Below, in pieces: positions 54,717 to 64,000 of a stretch of 64,000 nucleotides of DNA. The notes beneath the pieces are model-generated. The model was given only the letters and a program-made list of their open reading frames with translations. It did not search any database and was not told the DNA's origin. The stretch covers positions 1,730 through 65,729 of IMG/VR virus record IMGVR_UViG_3300024999_001770, one strand, 5' to 3'. How positions within the stretch are numbered: position 1 is the stretch's first letter; every line of letters begins with the position of its first letter. The position numbers and the translations under genes were made by a program. Source of the stretch: a virus. Its lineage: Duplodnaviria > Caudoviricetes.

Positions 54717-55777
54717 GGTTTTCATGCCACAAATCAATCCTAAACGAAGGAATTGCAGCTGTACAAAAAGCTGTAGCAACTAAATCAATGCTTATCCTTC
54801 AAGGTGTCCTCGTTTCCCTCAAGGGAAGTGACCTCCAATTTACAGCAACAGACCTAGAAATGGGCATACAGCACACAATTCACATTATTGACGCGCAAAA
54901 GGAAGGATCTTGTGTTGTGCCAGCAAAACTATTTAGCGATATCATCAAGAAACTTCCGAACTCTCAAGTTGATATTGAGGTAAAAGATGGTCAAATGTTT
55001 ATTAACTACAAGGGATCATCTATAGAGTTACAAATCTTACCGGCCGATGAATTTCCGACACTTCCTGAAGGATCAGATATGGAGATAATCATCCCATCCG
55101 ATGTACTAAAAAAAGGCGTAACCAAAACGATTAAAGCCGTAGCAACCGAAACAAATCGACCAGTGTTTACCGGGATACTAATAGCCATAAAAGATGGTGG
55201 AATAGAGTTTGTCGCGACTGATACCCATCGACTGGCCATCTTGTCAAGCAGCATAGATTATTATGGAGAATTCAAAGCCATTATCCCGGCTAAGGCATTA
55301 TTGGAAGCTTTGAAATTCAGTGGAGATATAAAACTAAAGGTGTCTAGTGGCTCTCAAATCATTCTTGAATCTAACGCAACGAAGGTGTTCGCTCGAACGA
55401 TTGATGGACAGTTTCCAAATTATAATCAAGTAATACCACAAGCCCATTTAACCTCCATAAAGTTATCGAACGAGGAATTTAAAGGATCCATTAACCGAGC
55501 CATTTTGTTCACCGATAGCGATTCTAAGGTGATTAAATTAGATGGCTCGAAGAGGATTTCTATAGTGAGTGGAAGCCAGAAAGGAAAGATTAACGAGCAT
55601 ATTGATGTGGAGCATACTGGTGAACCTGTTGAGATCGCAGTTAATGCTCGGTTCATCTTGGACGCACTGGACTCTGTTGGCGAAACGGTTGAAATGGAAT
55701 TGAATGGAGCGTTTTCGCCGGTGATGCTTAGAGATGAGGGATATATCCATATCGTGTTACCGGTTAGGGTGTCTTAG
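54707..55777 (+). CDS. dnaN: DNA polymerase III beta sliding clamp (phage copy)
   Basis: ATDLE, ATDTHRLA, G.FPNY..VIP and LPVR motifs. Confidence 0.92.
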   Translation: MAMRFSCHKSILNEGIAAVQKAVATKSMLILQGVLVSLKGSDLQFTATDLEMGIQHTIHIIDAQKEGSCVVPAKLFSDIIKKLPNSQVDIEVKDGQMFINYKGSSIELQILPADEFPTLPEGSDMEIIIPSDVLKKGVTKTIKAVATETNRPVFTGILIAIKDGGIEFVATDTHRLAILSSSIDYYGEFKAIIPAKALLEALKFSGDIKLKVSSGSQIILESNATKVFARTIDGQFPNYNQVIPQAHLTSIKLSNEEFKGSINRAILFTDSDSKVIKLDGSKRISIVSGSQKGKINEHIDVEHTGEPVEIAVNARFILDALDSVGETVEMELNGAFSPVMLRDEGYIHIVLPVRVS

Positions 55778-58273
55778 ATGGAGTATATCGATTTTTTGAA
55801 ATCGAAGATAACTCTGGCAAAAGATACTGGATTTGTTATTTCTCCAGATGAAGTTAATCCGATTCTCAAACCACACCAACGAGACGCAGTAATTTGGGCT
55901 ATCAAGGGCGGCAGAAGGGCACTTTTCGAATCCTTTGGGCTAGGTAAAACGATTCAGGAATTAGAGTTTTGCCGCATTGTGACGGACCGCAAAGGTGGGT
56001 ATGCTCTAATAGTTTTACCACTTGGAGTTAAACAAGAATTTACGAAAGATGCTGTCAATTTACTTAGAATGGAAGCGCCTGAGTATGTCCGGAATATGGT
56101 CGAAGTTAGGCAATCCAAGGGGCGAATCATGATAACAAATTATGAGCGTGTCAGAGATGGTGACATTGACCCTAAGTATTTCATTGCTACCTCATTGGAT
56201 GAAGCATCTGTATTAAGAAGTTACGGTTCACTCACCTATCAGACGTTCTTAGGTAAATTTAAGGGCGTGCCATTTAAGCTAGTAAGCACGGCTACGCCTT
56301 CGCCAAACAAGTACAAAGAGCTAATTCATTATGCTGGGTACCTCGAGGTAATGGACACCGGATTAGCGCTTACAAAGTTCTTTCAAAGGGATTCAACCAA
56401 GGCAAATCAACTCACCCTATACCCTCATAAAGAGGTTGAATTTTGGCTATGGATGTCGAGCTGGGCGCTGTTTATCACTAAGCCATCAGACCTTGGATAC
56501 TCGGACGATGGATACGATCTTCCTCCAATGGAAATCAGGTACCACGAAATCCCGACAGATCATTCAGGTGCAGGATCAGAAAGGGACGGACAAGGTAAAA
56601 TTTTTAGGGACGCTGCACTTGGGCTGAAGGACGCGGCACGAGAGAAGAGAGAGAGTATCAATGAGCGCGTCAGGAAGATGACTGAGATAGTTCAGAATAA
56701 TCCAGATGACCATTTCATACTTTGGCACGATTTAGAGGCAGAGAGACACGCTATAAAAAAAGCTTTGCCCGAATCGGTTGAAATTTATGGTAACCAAGAC
56801 TACGAGATTAGGGAAAAACGAGTTATTGACTTTTCTGAGGGAAAAACTCGTTTGTTCGCTACGAAGAAAGAGCTCAGTGGAAGTGGTTGTAACTTCCAGT
56901 ACCATTGCCACAGGGAAGTATTTCTAGGTATTGATTATCAATTTAATGATTTTTTTCAAGCTATTCACAGGGTTTACCGATTTCTCCAGAAGGAACCAGT
57001 TATTATTGACATCATCTACACCGAGTCAGAGCGGCAAATCCTGCAAGTTCTTCAAAAGAAATGGGAACAACATAATTACCTTGCGGAGAAAATGACGGAG
57101 ATTATCAAGAGATACGGCCTATCTACCACTTCACTCATGGACAAGATGGCCAGAAGTATTGGAGTTGAGAGAGTGAAAATTGAATCAGAACACTTCACAG
57201 CTGTAAATAACGATTGCATTTTAGAAGTGGCAGGAATGGAAGAGAATAGCATGGATTTATGGTTCAGCTCAATTCCTTTCTCCACTCACTATGAATATTC
57301 TCCGAGTTATAACGACTTTGGCCATAACGAGGACACAGACAAGTTCTTCGAGCAAATGGACTATTTAACGCCTGAAGTGCTAAGAACATTGAAGCCCGGC
57401 AGAGTATTCGTTTGCCATGTTAAGGATCGTGTACTTTTTGGCAATGCAACGGGTACCGGAATGCCGACGATTGAGCCCTTTCACAGCCTTTGCATTCACC
57501 ACTACATGAGGCATGGATTCCAGTATTTCGGCATGATCACAATTGTTACGGATGTTGTGCGGGAGAATAACCAAACCTATCGTCTAGGATGGTCGGAGCA
57601 ATGCAAGGATGGATCTAAGATGGGTGTTGGTTGCCCAGAGTACATCTTGTTATTCAGGAAGTTACCGAGCGATACAAGCACAGCCTATGCAGATATTCCG
57701 GTTGTGAAAACCAAGGATGAATATACTCGAGCACAGTGGCAGATTGATGCGCATGGTTTTTGGAGATCATCCGGGGATAGATTTCTTTCCAAGGATGAGA
57801 TCAAGTCCGTTGACGTTGGCAAGCTGCAGTCTGTTTATCGAAAATTTTCCCGTGAGTCAATCTATAGCTACGAAGAACACGTGGAGATCGCAAAGAGGTT
57901 AGATGCCGATGGTCATCTTCCAGCATCGTTTATGGTTGTGGCTCCGGGATCATGGACTGATGAAGTTTGGGACGACATTAACCGGATGAGGACGTTTAAT
58001 TCAGATCAAAAGCGAAAGAATTTACAAATGCATGTTTGTCCCCTTCAGTTCGATACCGTTGAGCGAATCATTAACCGCTATTCCAATCCCGGAGAATTAG
58101 TGGGTGACTTCTTCGGAGGACTAATGACGGTACCTGAAAGGGCAGTAAAACTAGGCCGTAGAGGTTATGGTATTGAATTGAGTGTTGATTATTTCAGGGA
58201 TGGAGTTAGCTATCTTAAGGCTGCTGAAGAAAAAGTAAGCATGCCATCGTTATTCGATTTCATGGAGGGATAA
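55778..58273 (+). CDS. SNF2-like helicase fused to an N4/N6 DNA methyltransferase
   Basis: GLGKT, DEAS and QAIHR motifs; SIPF, HVCPLQ and DFFGG methylase motifs. Confidence 0.88.
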   Translation: MEYIDFLKSKITLAKDTGFVISPDEVNPILKPHQRDAVIWAIKGGRRALFESFGLGKTIQELEFCRIVTDRKGGYALIVLPLGVKQEFTKDAVNLLRMEAPEYVRNMVEVRQSKGRIMITNYERVRDGDIDPKYFIATSLDEASVLRSYGSLTYQTFLGKFKGVPFKLVSTATPSPNKYKELIHYAGYLEVMDTGLALTKFFQRDSTKANQLTLYPHKEVEFWLWMSSWALFITKPSDLGYSDDGYDLPPMEIRYHEIPTDHSGAGSERDGQGKIFRDAALGLKDAAREKRESINERVRKMTEIVQNNPDDHFILWHDLEAERHAIKKALPESVEIYGNQDYEIREKRVIDFSEGKTRLFATKKELSGSGCNFQYHCHREVFLGIDYQFNDFFQAIHRVYRFLQKEPVIIDIIYTESERQILQVLQKKWEQHNYLAEKMTEIIKRYGLSTTSLMDKMARSIGVERVKIESEHFTAVNNDCILEVAGMEENSMDLWFSSIPFSTHYEYSPSYNDFGHNEDTDKFFEQMDYLTPEVLRTLKPGRVFVCHVKDRVLFGNATGTGMPTIEPFHSLCIHHYMRHGFQYFGMITIVTDVVRENNQTYRLGWSEQCKDGSKMGVGCPEYILLFRKLPSDTSTAYADIPVVKTKDEYTRAQWQIDAHGFWRSSGDRFLSKDEIKSVDVGKLQSVYRKFSRESIYSYEEHVEIAKRLDADGHLPASFMVVAPGSWTDEVWDDINRMRTFNSDQKRKNLQMHVCPLQFDTVERIINRYSNPGELVGDFFGGLMTVPERAVKLGRRGYGIELSVDYFRDGVSYLKAAEEKVSMPSLFDFMEG

Positions 58274-58294
58274 ATAATAGACCGATAAGGCTAC

Positions 58295-58477
58295 TTATTC
58301 AGCAGTCTTATCGGTCACACTGGAAGGGTTTTCTTGATCCTTATCAATAATCCAACGGTTGTCAATCTTAACAGCTATAACCTTCCCGGCGGCACAAAGG
58401 TTTTTGATATATCCGGGCTTTAATCCCCAAAGATTGGCGGCTTCGTTTACTCCCATGATGTTACTTAAAACACTCAT
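58295..58477 (-). CDS. Excisionase/MerR-like HTH protein
   Basis: MGVNEAANLWGL...GKVIAVKI..RWII. Confidence 0.8.
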   Translation of the reverse strand: MSVLSNIMGVNEAANLWGLKPGYIKNLCAAGKVIAVKIDNRWIIDKDQENPSSVTDKTAE

Positions 58478-58656
58478 TGTTTAACGATCACCCAATCACC
58501 GGATATTGCCCTAAACTCGATTTGTGCAACAGTATCCAGTTTACTACACTCCTCAGTCAACCATTCATCGTTATCGTTGTCTTCCAAAAACTGAGAAAGT
58601 GAACCGTTGAAAACCTCATTACCGTCGTTGTGTACCATAATTTCCATGTCGATCAT
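58474..58656 (-). CDS. Small acidic hypothetical protein
   Basis: RBS AAAGGA; overlaps the HTH gene by 4 bp. Confidence 0.6.
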   Translation of the reverse strand: MIDMEIMVHNDGNEVFNGSLSQFLEDNDNDEWLTEECSKLDTVAQIEFRAISGDWVIVKQ

Positions 58657-58665
58657 CCTTTCGAT

Positions 58666-58720
58666 TATGCGTTAACGCACTTAATACATTCAATATATCA
58701 TATGCGTTAACGCACTGTAA
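58666..58720 (-). promoter_or_regulatory. Promoter with two palindromic TGCGTTAACGCA operators
   Basis: Operators at 58668-58679 and 58703-58714; minus-strand TTTACA-N18-TATATT. Confidence 0.7.
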
Positions 58721-58759
58721 ATGATATCTTAGTAGTTTGTGTAAGTAATTTATGGAGGG

Positions 58760-61018
58760 TTGATAGGGGGCATAGACTTGGAAAAACAAACCGATCTGCT
58801 CGAAATATTAGATCACATTGACCCTGCTCAGCTAAATTACCAAGACTGGGTAAACGTCGGCATGGGACTAAAGGAAGCAGGATTTACCGCGTCCGCATGG
58901 GATGAGTGGAGCCGTGGTGATTCACGTCGCTACCATGCTGGCGAGTGCTTTAAAAAATGGGATAGCTTCCACGGAAACGCGAAACCAATCACAGCGGGAA
59001 CAATCGTTCAGATGGCAATGGACCAAGGATGGCAGCCTGATAGATCAGAAAGCGCACACGAGCTGGATTGGGATTCTGTTATTGGTACCAAGGATGACTT
59101 GACGATCATTGACAAGAACTGGGTAGAGGGTAAAGAGGTAATAGAGCCGGTATCGTGGGACCATGTAGCACAACTTGTGAAGTATCTCGAAACTCTTTTC
59201 GAAGCATCAGAGAATGTAGGCTATGTCACTGGTACTTATGAAATGAAAGACGATAAGACTGGAGAAATAGTCAACAAGCCTACTAAAGGAAACTGTGACC
59301 GTACAGCTGGTCAATTAATTGAACTGCTTAGCATATGCGATGGAGACATTGGGGCTGTTATTGGTGACTACAAGCCCGAGGTTGGAGCATGGATTCGATT
59401 CAATCCATTGGACGGTAAAGGCGTTAAGAACGAAAATGTCACTGATTTCAGATTCTCCTTAGTTGAATCTGATGAAATGGAAATTGACAAGCAAAATGCA
59501 ATAATCCGTGAACTTGAGTTGCCTGTTGCATGTTTAGTTCACAGTGGCAAGAAAAGTTTGCACGCAATTGTAAGAATCGATGCTGATACTTATGAAGAAT
59601 ATCGCAAAAGAGTTGACTACTTATACAATGTTTGTGCTAAGAATGGCCTCAAGGTAGACACGCAAAACCGCAATCCATCAAGGCTTTCTCGAATGCCTGG
59701 AGTAATGCGTAACGGCCAGAAACAGTTTATTGTGGATACCAACATTGGCAAGGAATCATGGAAGGACTGGCAAGAATGGATCGAGGGTATTAACGACGAT
59801 CTGCCTGAGCCAGAGAGCATGGCCACATATTGGGATAACTTGCCCGATCTGTCGCCACCTCTCATCCATAATATACTCAGACAGGGCCATAAGATGATGT
59901 TAGCTGGGCCAAGTAAAGCCGGTAAGTCGTTTGCTCTCATCGAGCTATGTTGTGCCATTGCAGAGGGTAAAAAATGGATGGGTTGGGATTGCGCCCAAGG
60001 GAAGATCATGTACTTAAACCTTGAGCTTGATAGGGCTAGCTGCCTACATCGTTTCAAGGATGTATATCAAGACTTAGGGTGGGAGCCGAGGAACTTGGGC
60101 AATATTGATGTTTGGAATCTAAGGGGAAAATCAGTCCCGATGGATAAGTTGGCACCTAAACTGATTAGAAGGGCACAAAAGAAAAACTACACAGCCATTA
60201 TCATCGATCCCATTTACAAGGTCATTACCGGTGATGAAAATAGTGCCGACCAGATGGCTGCCTTTTGTAATCAATTTGACCGAGTTTGCACCGAATTAGG
60301 GGTCGCCGTGATCTATTGCCATCATCATTCGAAGGGTAGCCAAGGCAATAAGCGGAGTATGGATAGGTCTTCGGGATCGGGTGTATTTGCCCGGGATCCG
60401 GATGCACTCTTGGATCTTATTGAACTTGATTTAACGGACTCACTCCTTAAGCAGGAAGAGAATAAAGCCGTCTGCAAGGTGTGCGAATCATGGCTACGAA
60501 AGCATGTTCAGCGTTGGGAAGATGAAGTATCTCAAGACGATTTATGCAGTGAAAAGCAAATGATATTGGCCTGTGACAAACTGCTAGGGCAAGAATTATA
60601 TCGGGAAATGCTCAATGAAATCTATCCAGTTAGGCAGAAAGTACGGCAGAGGTCAGCGTGGAGAATCGAAGGAACGCTGAGAGAATTCCCTAAATTTAAC
60701 CCTGTGAATATTTGGTTTGATTATCCTACGCACCAGGTGGACGAGGTAGGAAGCTTAAAAGACGTCGAGACTGAAGGGGCAGCACCATCGTGGAAAAGTA
60801 ATTTTGGTAAGAAAAAAGATCCTCAAGAACGCAAGAAGGAACGACTAGATTCACTAGAAACTGCTATCAAGGGATGCTCTTTTGATGGAAATATTACAGT
60901 TCAGGCGCTCTCGGAATACATGGGGACAGTGGATAAAACAGTACGAAATAGAATCAAGGAGCATCCAAAATATGAAATTGTCCAAAATGAAGTTAGGGAA
61001 ATAATCGAGAAAAGGTAA
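58760..61018 (+). CDS. Primase-helicase (PriCT-2 + RepA-like AAA_25)
   Basis: YQDWVNVGM, HSGKKSLH, GPSKAGKS, IIDPIY and HHHSKG motifs; start possibly TTG 58778. Confidence 0.9.
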   Translation: MIGGIDLEKQTDLLEILDHIDPAQLNYQDWVNVGMGLKEAGFTASAWDEWSRGDSRRYHAGECFKKWDSFHGNAKPITAGTIVQMAMDQGWQPDRSESAHELDWDSVIGTKDDLTIIDKNWVEGKEVIEPVSWDHVAQLVKYLETLFEASENVGYVTGTYEMKDDKTGEIVNKPTKGNCDRTAGQLIELLSICDGDIGAVIGDYKPEVGAWIRFNPLDGKGVKNENVTDFRFSLVESDEMEIDKQNAIIRELELPVACLVHSGKKSLHAIVRIDADTYEEYRKRVDYLYNVCAKNGLKVDTQNRNPSRLSRMPGVMRNGQKQFIVDTNIGKESWKDWQEWIEGINDDLPEPESMATYWDNLPDLSPPLIHNILRQGHKMMLAGPSKAGKSFALIELCCAIAEGKKWMGWDCAQGKIMYLNLELDRASCLHRFKDVYQDLGWEPRNLGNIDVWNLRGKSVPMDKLAPKLIRRAQKKNYTAIIIDPIYKVITGDENSADQMAAFCNQFDRVCTELGVAVIYCHHHSKGSQGNKRSMDRSSGSGVFARDPDALLDLIELDLTDSLLKQEENKAVCKVCESWLRKHVQRWEDEVSQDDLCSEKQMILACDKLLGQELYREMLNEIYPVRQKVRQRSAWRIEGTLREFPKFNPVNIWFDYPTHQVDEVGSLKDVETEGAAPSWKSNFGKKKDPQERKKERLDSLETAIKGCSFDGNITVQALSEYMGTVDKTVRNRIKEHPKYEIVQNEVREIIEKR

Positions 61019-61285
61019 CCTTTTTCCTTTAGGGAAAGTAGGAAAAAGATCGAGAATTACTTTCCCTAAAGGAAGAAAAAGTCGGTGTTTTATTATTTCC
61101 CTATTACTTTCCCTCAGGGAAGAAAAAGTCGGTGTTTTATCGAGATTTTCCCTCAGGGAAAGGGAAAGGGAAAATCTATACTACGTATAGGTGTTTTTCC
61201 CTTTCCCTAGCACGTGGGTTACGGGGGAAAGTAAGGAGGCGTCGGTGGCCCTCCTTACCTTCCTTCCCCTATCCGTAACTAGGAG
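61019..61285. repeat. Probable replication origin with TTCCCT/AGGGAA repeats
   Basis: 38-bp direct repeat at 61056-61093 and 61103-61140 (2 mismatches); palindromes near 61161-61208 and 61218-61279. Confidence 0.65.
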
Positions 61286-61336
61286 AATTTTTCAGAGGGT
61301 TAAAAAAGGCGAATGTAAAATTAAGGAGGTAAAAAT

Positions 61337-61888
61337 ATGGAAGCTCAGAAATTGATTGCTGTTGAAGAATTTAATGGCAAGTACAAAATCAACGAAGATT
61401 ATCGACCGGTCGCTGAAGCTCTAAAAACAAAATTCAAAGAGCTTGAATATGTGCCAGTTAAAAATATCCTGTTCATCGAAAACACTGAGGACAAGCGCAA
61501 GAAGAATAACTTAATTGTTTATGCTCAGATAAGCAAGATGCCGCCAAAGTTTGAGGAGATTATTTATCAAGTAACTAAAAAACGCTTTGAGTACATGCTG
61601 GAGATCTTCAAGGAAAACACAATGCAAATGAGCAGGTCGCAGATCATCGCGCTGATCTATCACGAGCTAAAACATATTCAGTTGGTGCAGTCAAAGGATG
61701 GTCCCAAGATCGATCTCGTTGGCCATGACGTAGAAGACTGGCTAAACATGGTTGAGAAACTGGGGCTTAACTGGGCTAGTACCAAAGGATCAATACCCAA
61801 CCTCTTGGACGAAGATATTAACTGGGAGAGCATCGAAGGGCCACATAGTCTTTTCCCTGCTGAAATATCACTAAAGCTGGTGAAATAA
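61337..61888 (+). CDS. Putative phage metallopeptidase
   Basis: YHELKH (HExxH) and GHDVEDW motifs. Confidence 0.8.
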   Translation: MEAQKLIAVEEFNGKYKINEDYRPVAEALKTKFKELEYVPVKNILFIENTEDKRKKNNLIVYAQISKMPPKFEEIIYQVTKKRFEYMLEIFKENTMQMSRSQIIALIYHELKHIQLVQSKDGPKIDLVGHDVEDWLNMVEKLGLNWASTKGSIPNLLDEDINWESIEGPHSLFPAEISLKLVK

Positions 61889-62287
61889 ATGCGAATAGAG
61901 TTTTTTATGCCGATGGAACCACCAACGTCAACACACCAGATGAAAAAAGCTAGATGTGTAAAAGGCAAACCGCAGTTTTACGAACCAACTGAGCTACAAG
62001 TCGTAAGGGCTAAACTAAAGGCTCATTTAGCTGGGCATATCCCTAGCGAGAGATTGTATGGAGCATTAAGACTTGTCACAAAGTGGTGTTTCCCAATTAC
62101 CCATAAGCACAATCAAGACGGAGAATACAAGACTACCAGGCCAGATGCTGACAACATGATCAAGTTGCTTAAGGATGTTATGACGGATCTTGGCTACTGG
62201 TACGATGATGCACAAGTGGCATCGGAGATTACTGAAAAATTTTGGGCCAAGGTACCCGGTATTTATGTGGTCATCGAAAGCCTTTAA
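61889..62287 (+). CDS. rusA: RusA-family Holliday junction resolvase
   Basis: RPDADNMIKLLKD and DDAQV motifs. Confidence 0.9.
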   Translation: MRIEFFMPMEPPTSTHQMKKARCVKGKPQFYEPTELQVVRAKLKAHLAGHIPSERLYGALRLVTKWCFPITHKHNQDGEYKTTRPDADNMIKLLKDVMTDLGYWYDDAQVASEITEKFWAKVPGIYVVIESL

Positions 62288-62296
62288 GGTGGTGGA

Positions 62297-62644
62297 GTGA
62301 TGCAGGAGAAGAAAAGGTATCTTGGCGATCCACGGGGAGACAAAAAGGATGATCACACACACTGGCAAGAGTTACTCTGGAACTGCTGGCATATGGATCA
62401 TTCGTTGTACTATCTGCTGCATGGTATTCGATGTGGTGGGGCCGAGGTCATACGTACTCAGAATGGCTTCAGGTTAATGCCTGGTGAATGGTTAGATGAT
62501 GAGTGGGAAGAGATTAAGCGAGATAAACTTAGCCCCTTTAGGGATAAGCTGATTCATATTTTTAAACTTACTAGATTTGGCAAGGTAACAAATGAAAAGT
62601 TGCCTGATGGAGTTTTTGTAGATCAAAGGAGGATGTTTGGGTGA
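62297..62644 (+). CDS. Hypothetical protein
   Basis: DPR.D...D...W, LHGIRCGG. Confidence 0.65.
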   Translation: MMQEKKRYLGDPRGDKKDDHTHWQELLWNCWHMDHSLYYLLHGIRCGGAEVIRTQNGFRLMPGEWLDDEWEEIKRDKLSPFRDKLIHIFKLTRFGKVTNEKLPDGVFVDQRRMFG

Positions 62645-62868
62645 GATTCGGGACAGTTGAGACGGAGAGGCTTATACGAGACAAGCATTTACCAGAGGCT
62701 GGGCCAGTGAAGAGCTATCAACTCGAAGAAGAAATCGAGACTAGAATTGCCAGTAATCTACAGATCCTGATCAGGATCGGCAAGCCTCAGTTAAAAATTG
62801 AACACGATGAACGCCGAAGCGTAATTCAACAGATTATCATTGAGTGCTGTAAGGAATTAGACAAGTAA
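62641..62868 (+). CDS. Hypothetical protein
   Basis: RBS GGAGG plus GTG. Confidence 0.5.
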   Translation: MRFGTVETERLIRDKHLPEAGPVKSYQLEEEIETRIASNLQILIRIGKPQLKIEHDERRSVIQQIIIECCKELDK

Positions 62869-62894
62869 TCTTGAAAAGTGAGAGGTGATCAGGC

Positions 62895-63434
62895 ATGGGT
62901 AAAAAAACGGGTACAGTCAATATTCAGGAAATAGCTGTTGCAGCTGCTGTTGAAGCGTTGAAGGTCCACAAGAACGAGGAACGGGAGAGAGCAAGAAAAA
63001 ACAGATTCCACAACACCGAACTCCTACTTAAAAAGTATCCGAGCCTGATTAAGCACATCGAACTTTCGCAGGATAAAGTTTCGGGCGAAGATCTAGAAGC
63101 CTACAACTTCGAAGAATCTGACATGGAGGATGTTATCGTTTACGCCATAAGGCGCGGCAGGGCACGAACGCTGGTAATGGTCATGCAGGTAGAAATATCA
63201 CTGATAACGCTTCGGGAAAAGATGATCGAGCAAGGCAAACCTGAAAAGTACCTTGTTATTGACAAGCTTTACCTAGATCCTGTTAAGAGTTTAATGCCGT
63301 GGAAGGAACGAGTTCGGGTTATAGCGGCAGAACTACACTGTTGTGAAAAGTCAGTATATACGTGGAAAAATGACATGGTTGAAGAGCTAAGTATTATGAT
63401 CTTTGGCGTAGATGGCTTGCGGTTAGCGTTTTAG
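62895..63434 (+). CDS. Late transcriptional regulator (ArpU/RinA-like position and C-terminal HTH)
   Basis: HNTELLLKKY and IAAELHC.EKSVYTWKN...LS..IFG motifs; last early gene. Confidence 0.75.
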   Translation: MGKKTGTVNIQEIAVAAAVEALKVHKNEERERARKNRFHNTELLLKKYPSLIKHIELSQDKVSGEDLEAYNFEESDMEDVIVYAIRRGRARTLVMVMQVEISLITLREKMIEQGKPEKYLVIDKLYLDPVKSLMPWKERVRVIAAELHCCEKSVYTWKNDMVEELSIMIFGVDGLRLAF

Positions 63435-63451
63435 CGGGTTTTTGAAGGGCT

Positions 63452-63692
63452 TGACAACCTGCTACAATAAGTCTACATTTACACCACGAATATGCCGTGT
63501 TATAATACTAGTATCAAATTTTATGAAACGAAAATGCACAAAAGCGCTTCCGCAGGGGGCGCTTTTTCTATACCCATAGAATGCGCCTTCTCTAGGATGA
63601 TACTATCTTGATACTATTGGACACTATTTTCGTGATATAGTGATAGAGTCAAATTAAATTAATCAGACATCTCCAACGCGGAGGTGTCTTTT
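63452..63692 (+). promoter_or_regulatory. Two tandem promoter/short leader/terminator units (late control region)
   Basis: TTTACA-N17-TATAAT (63478-63506) with hairpin at 63541-63567; three GA(T/C)ACTAT repeats, TG-a-TATAGT and hairpin at 63665-63692. Confidence 0.6.
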
Positions 63693-63718
63693 CTTATTAC
63701 GTCCTGGAGGTGATTTCC

Positions 63719-63889
63719 ATGGGGTTTAATTGTGTTGGTTATGAGTACAGAGAACCTGGGCTTACACCTAATTGTGCTAATTCTAAAAACTGGGACGGCA
63801 TAAAGTGTTTAGTCCAAAAGTTGTTGGATGAGTTGCATGAGGAGAGTATAAATTTTCATGCGTTTGATCGGATGATGCGGGGGAATTGA
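63719..63889 (+). CDS. 56-aa hypothetical protein, absent from the ORF track
   Basis: RBS GGAGGTG plus ATG 63719. Confidence 0.5.
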   Translation: MGFNCVGYEYREPGLTPNCANSKNWDGIKCLVQKLLDELHEESINFHAFDRMMRGN

Positions 63890-63948
63890 GGGGTGAGGAT
63901 AGAATGATAACTGAATCGTCTCTGATATCGTTCTAGGTGGAATATGAT

Positions 63949-63990
63949 AGGTTCTTCTGGCGCTCCCTGACTCATGCGGGGCTTCAGACT
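63949..63990 (+). other. Candidate lambda-type cos site (cosQ-like + cosN-like)
   Basis: AGGTTCT-N23-GGGCTTCAGACT versus lambda GGGTCCT-N23-GGGCGGCGACCT; gpA-type terminase. Confidence 0.55.
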
Positions 63991-64000
63991 ACAACTTTTG

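Noticed and set aside
58663-58681. GATTATGCG as a fourth cassette recombination site
   Set aside because: It belongs to the duplicated palindrome TGCGTTAACGCA, lacks the GCGCA arm and lies 39 kb from the array
1-64000. tRNA or rRNA genes
   Set aside because: No cloverleaf or rRNA-like sequence recognised by eye; tRNAscan-SE was not run

Overview
The whole window is one temperate phage of a spore-forming Firmicute (Clostridia-like host, inferred), about 64 kb of a genome estimated at about 66 kb. No host genes are visible. Gene order: lambda-like head (terminase gpA C-terminus, portal, ClpP-scaffold, decoration protein, gpE capsid); P2-like contractile tail and baseplate; tail fibre; a Xer-type tyrosine recombinase split by a three-recombinase RIT element; lysis genes; a ~13 kb accessory region (nucleoid-associated protein plus membrane protein pair, HEPN gene, RHH/coiled-coil gene, FtsK-relaxase-M23 operon, XRE cluster); an intact attP-like 52-bp inverted repeat next to a large serine integrase; a CI/Cro switch; early, replication and DNA-modification genes; a late regulator; and a lambda-like cos candidate at the right edge. 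Main leads: (1) three directly repeated dif-like sites (right arm TTATGCGCA), one inside the tail-fibre ORF and two at stop codons of downstream genes, forming an integron-like cassette array beside a dedicated recombinase that is currently interrupted by a precisely excisable RIT element and appears to be under antisense-RNA control; (2) an FtsK/SpoIIIE + relaxase + SpoIIIAC/AD-like + M23 operon, alongside a Spo0A-like gene and sigmaG/sigmaH-type promoters, suggesting coupling to sporulation; (3) a candidate two-gene defence system. All family calls come from motif recognition by eye; no searches were run.
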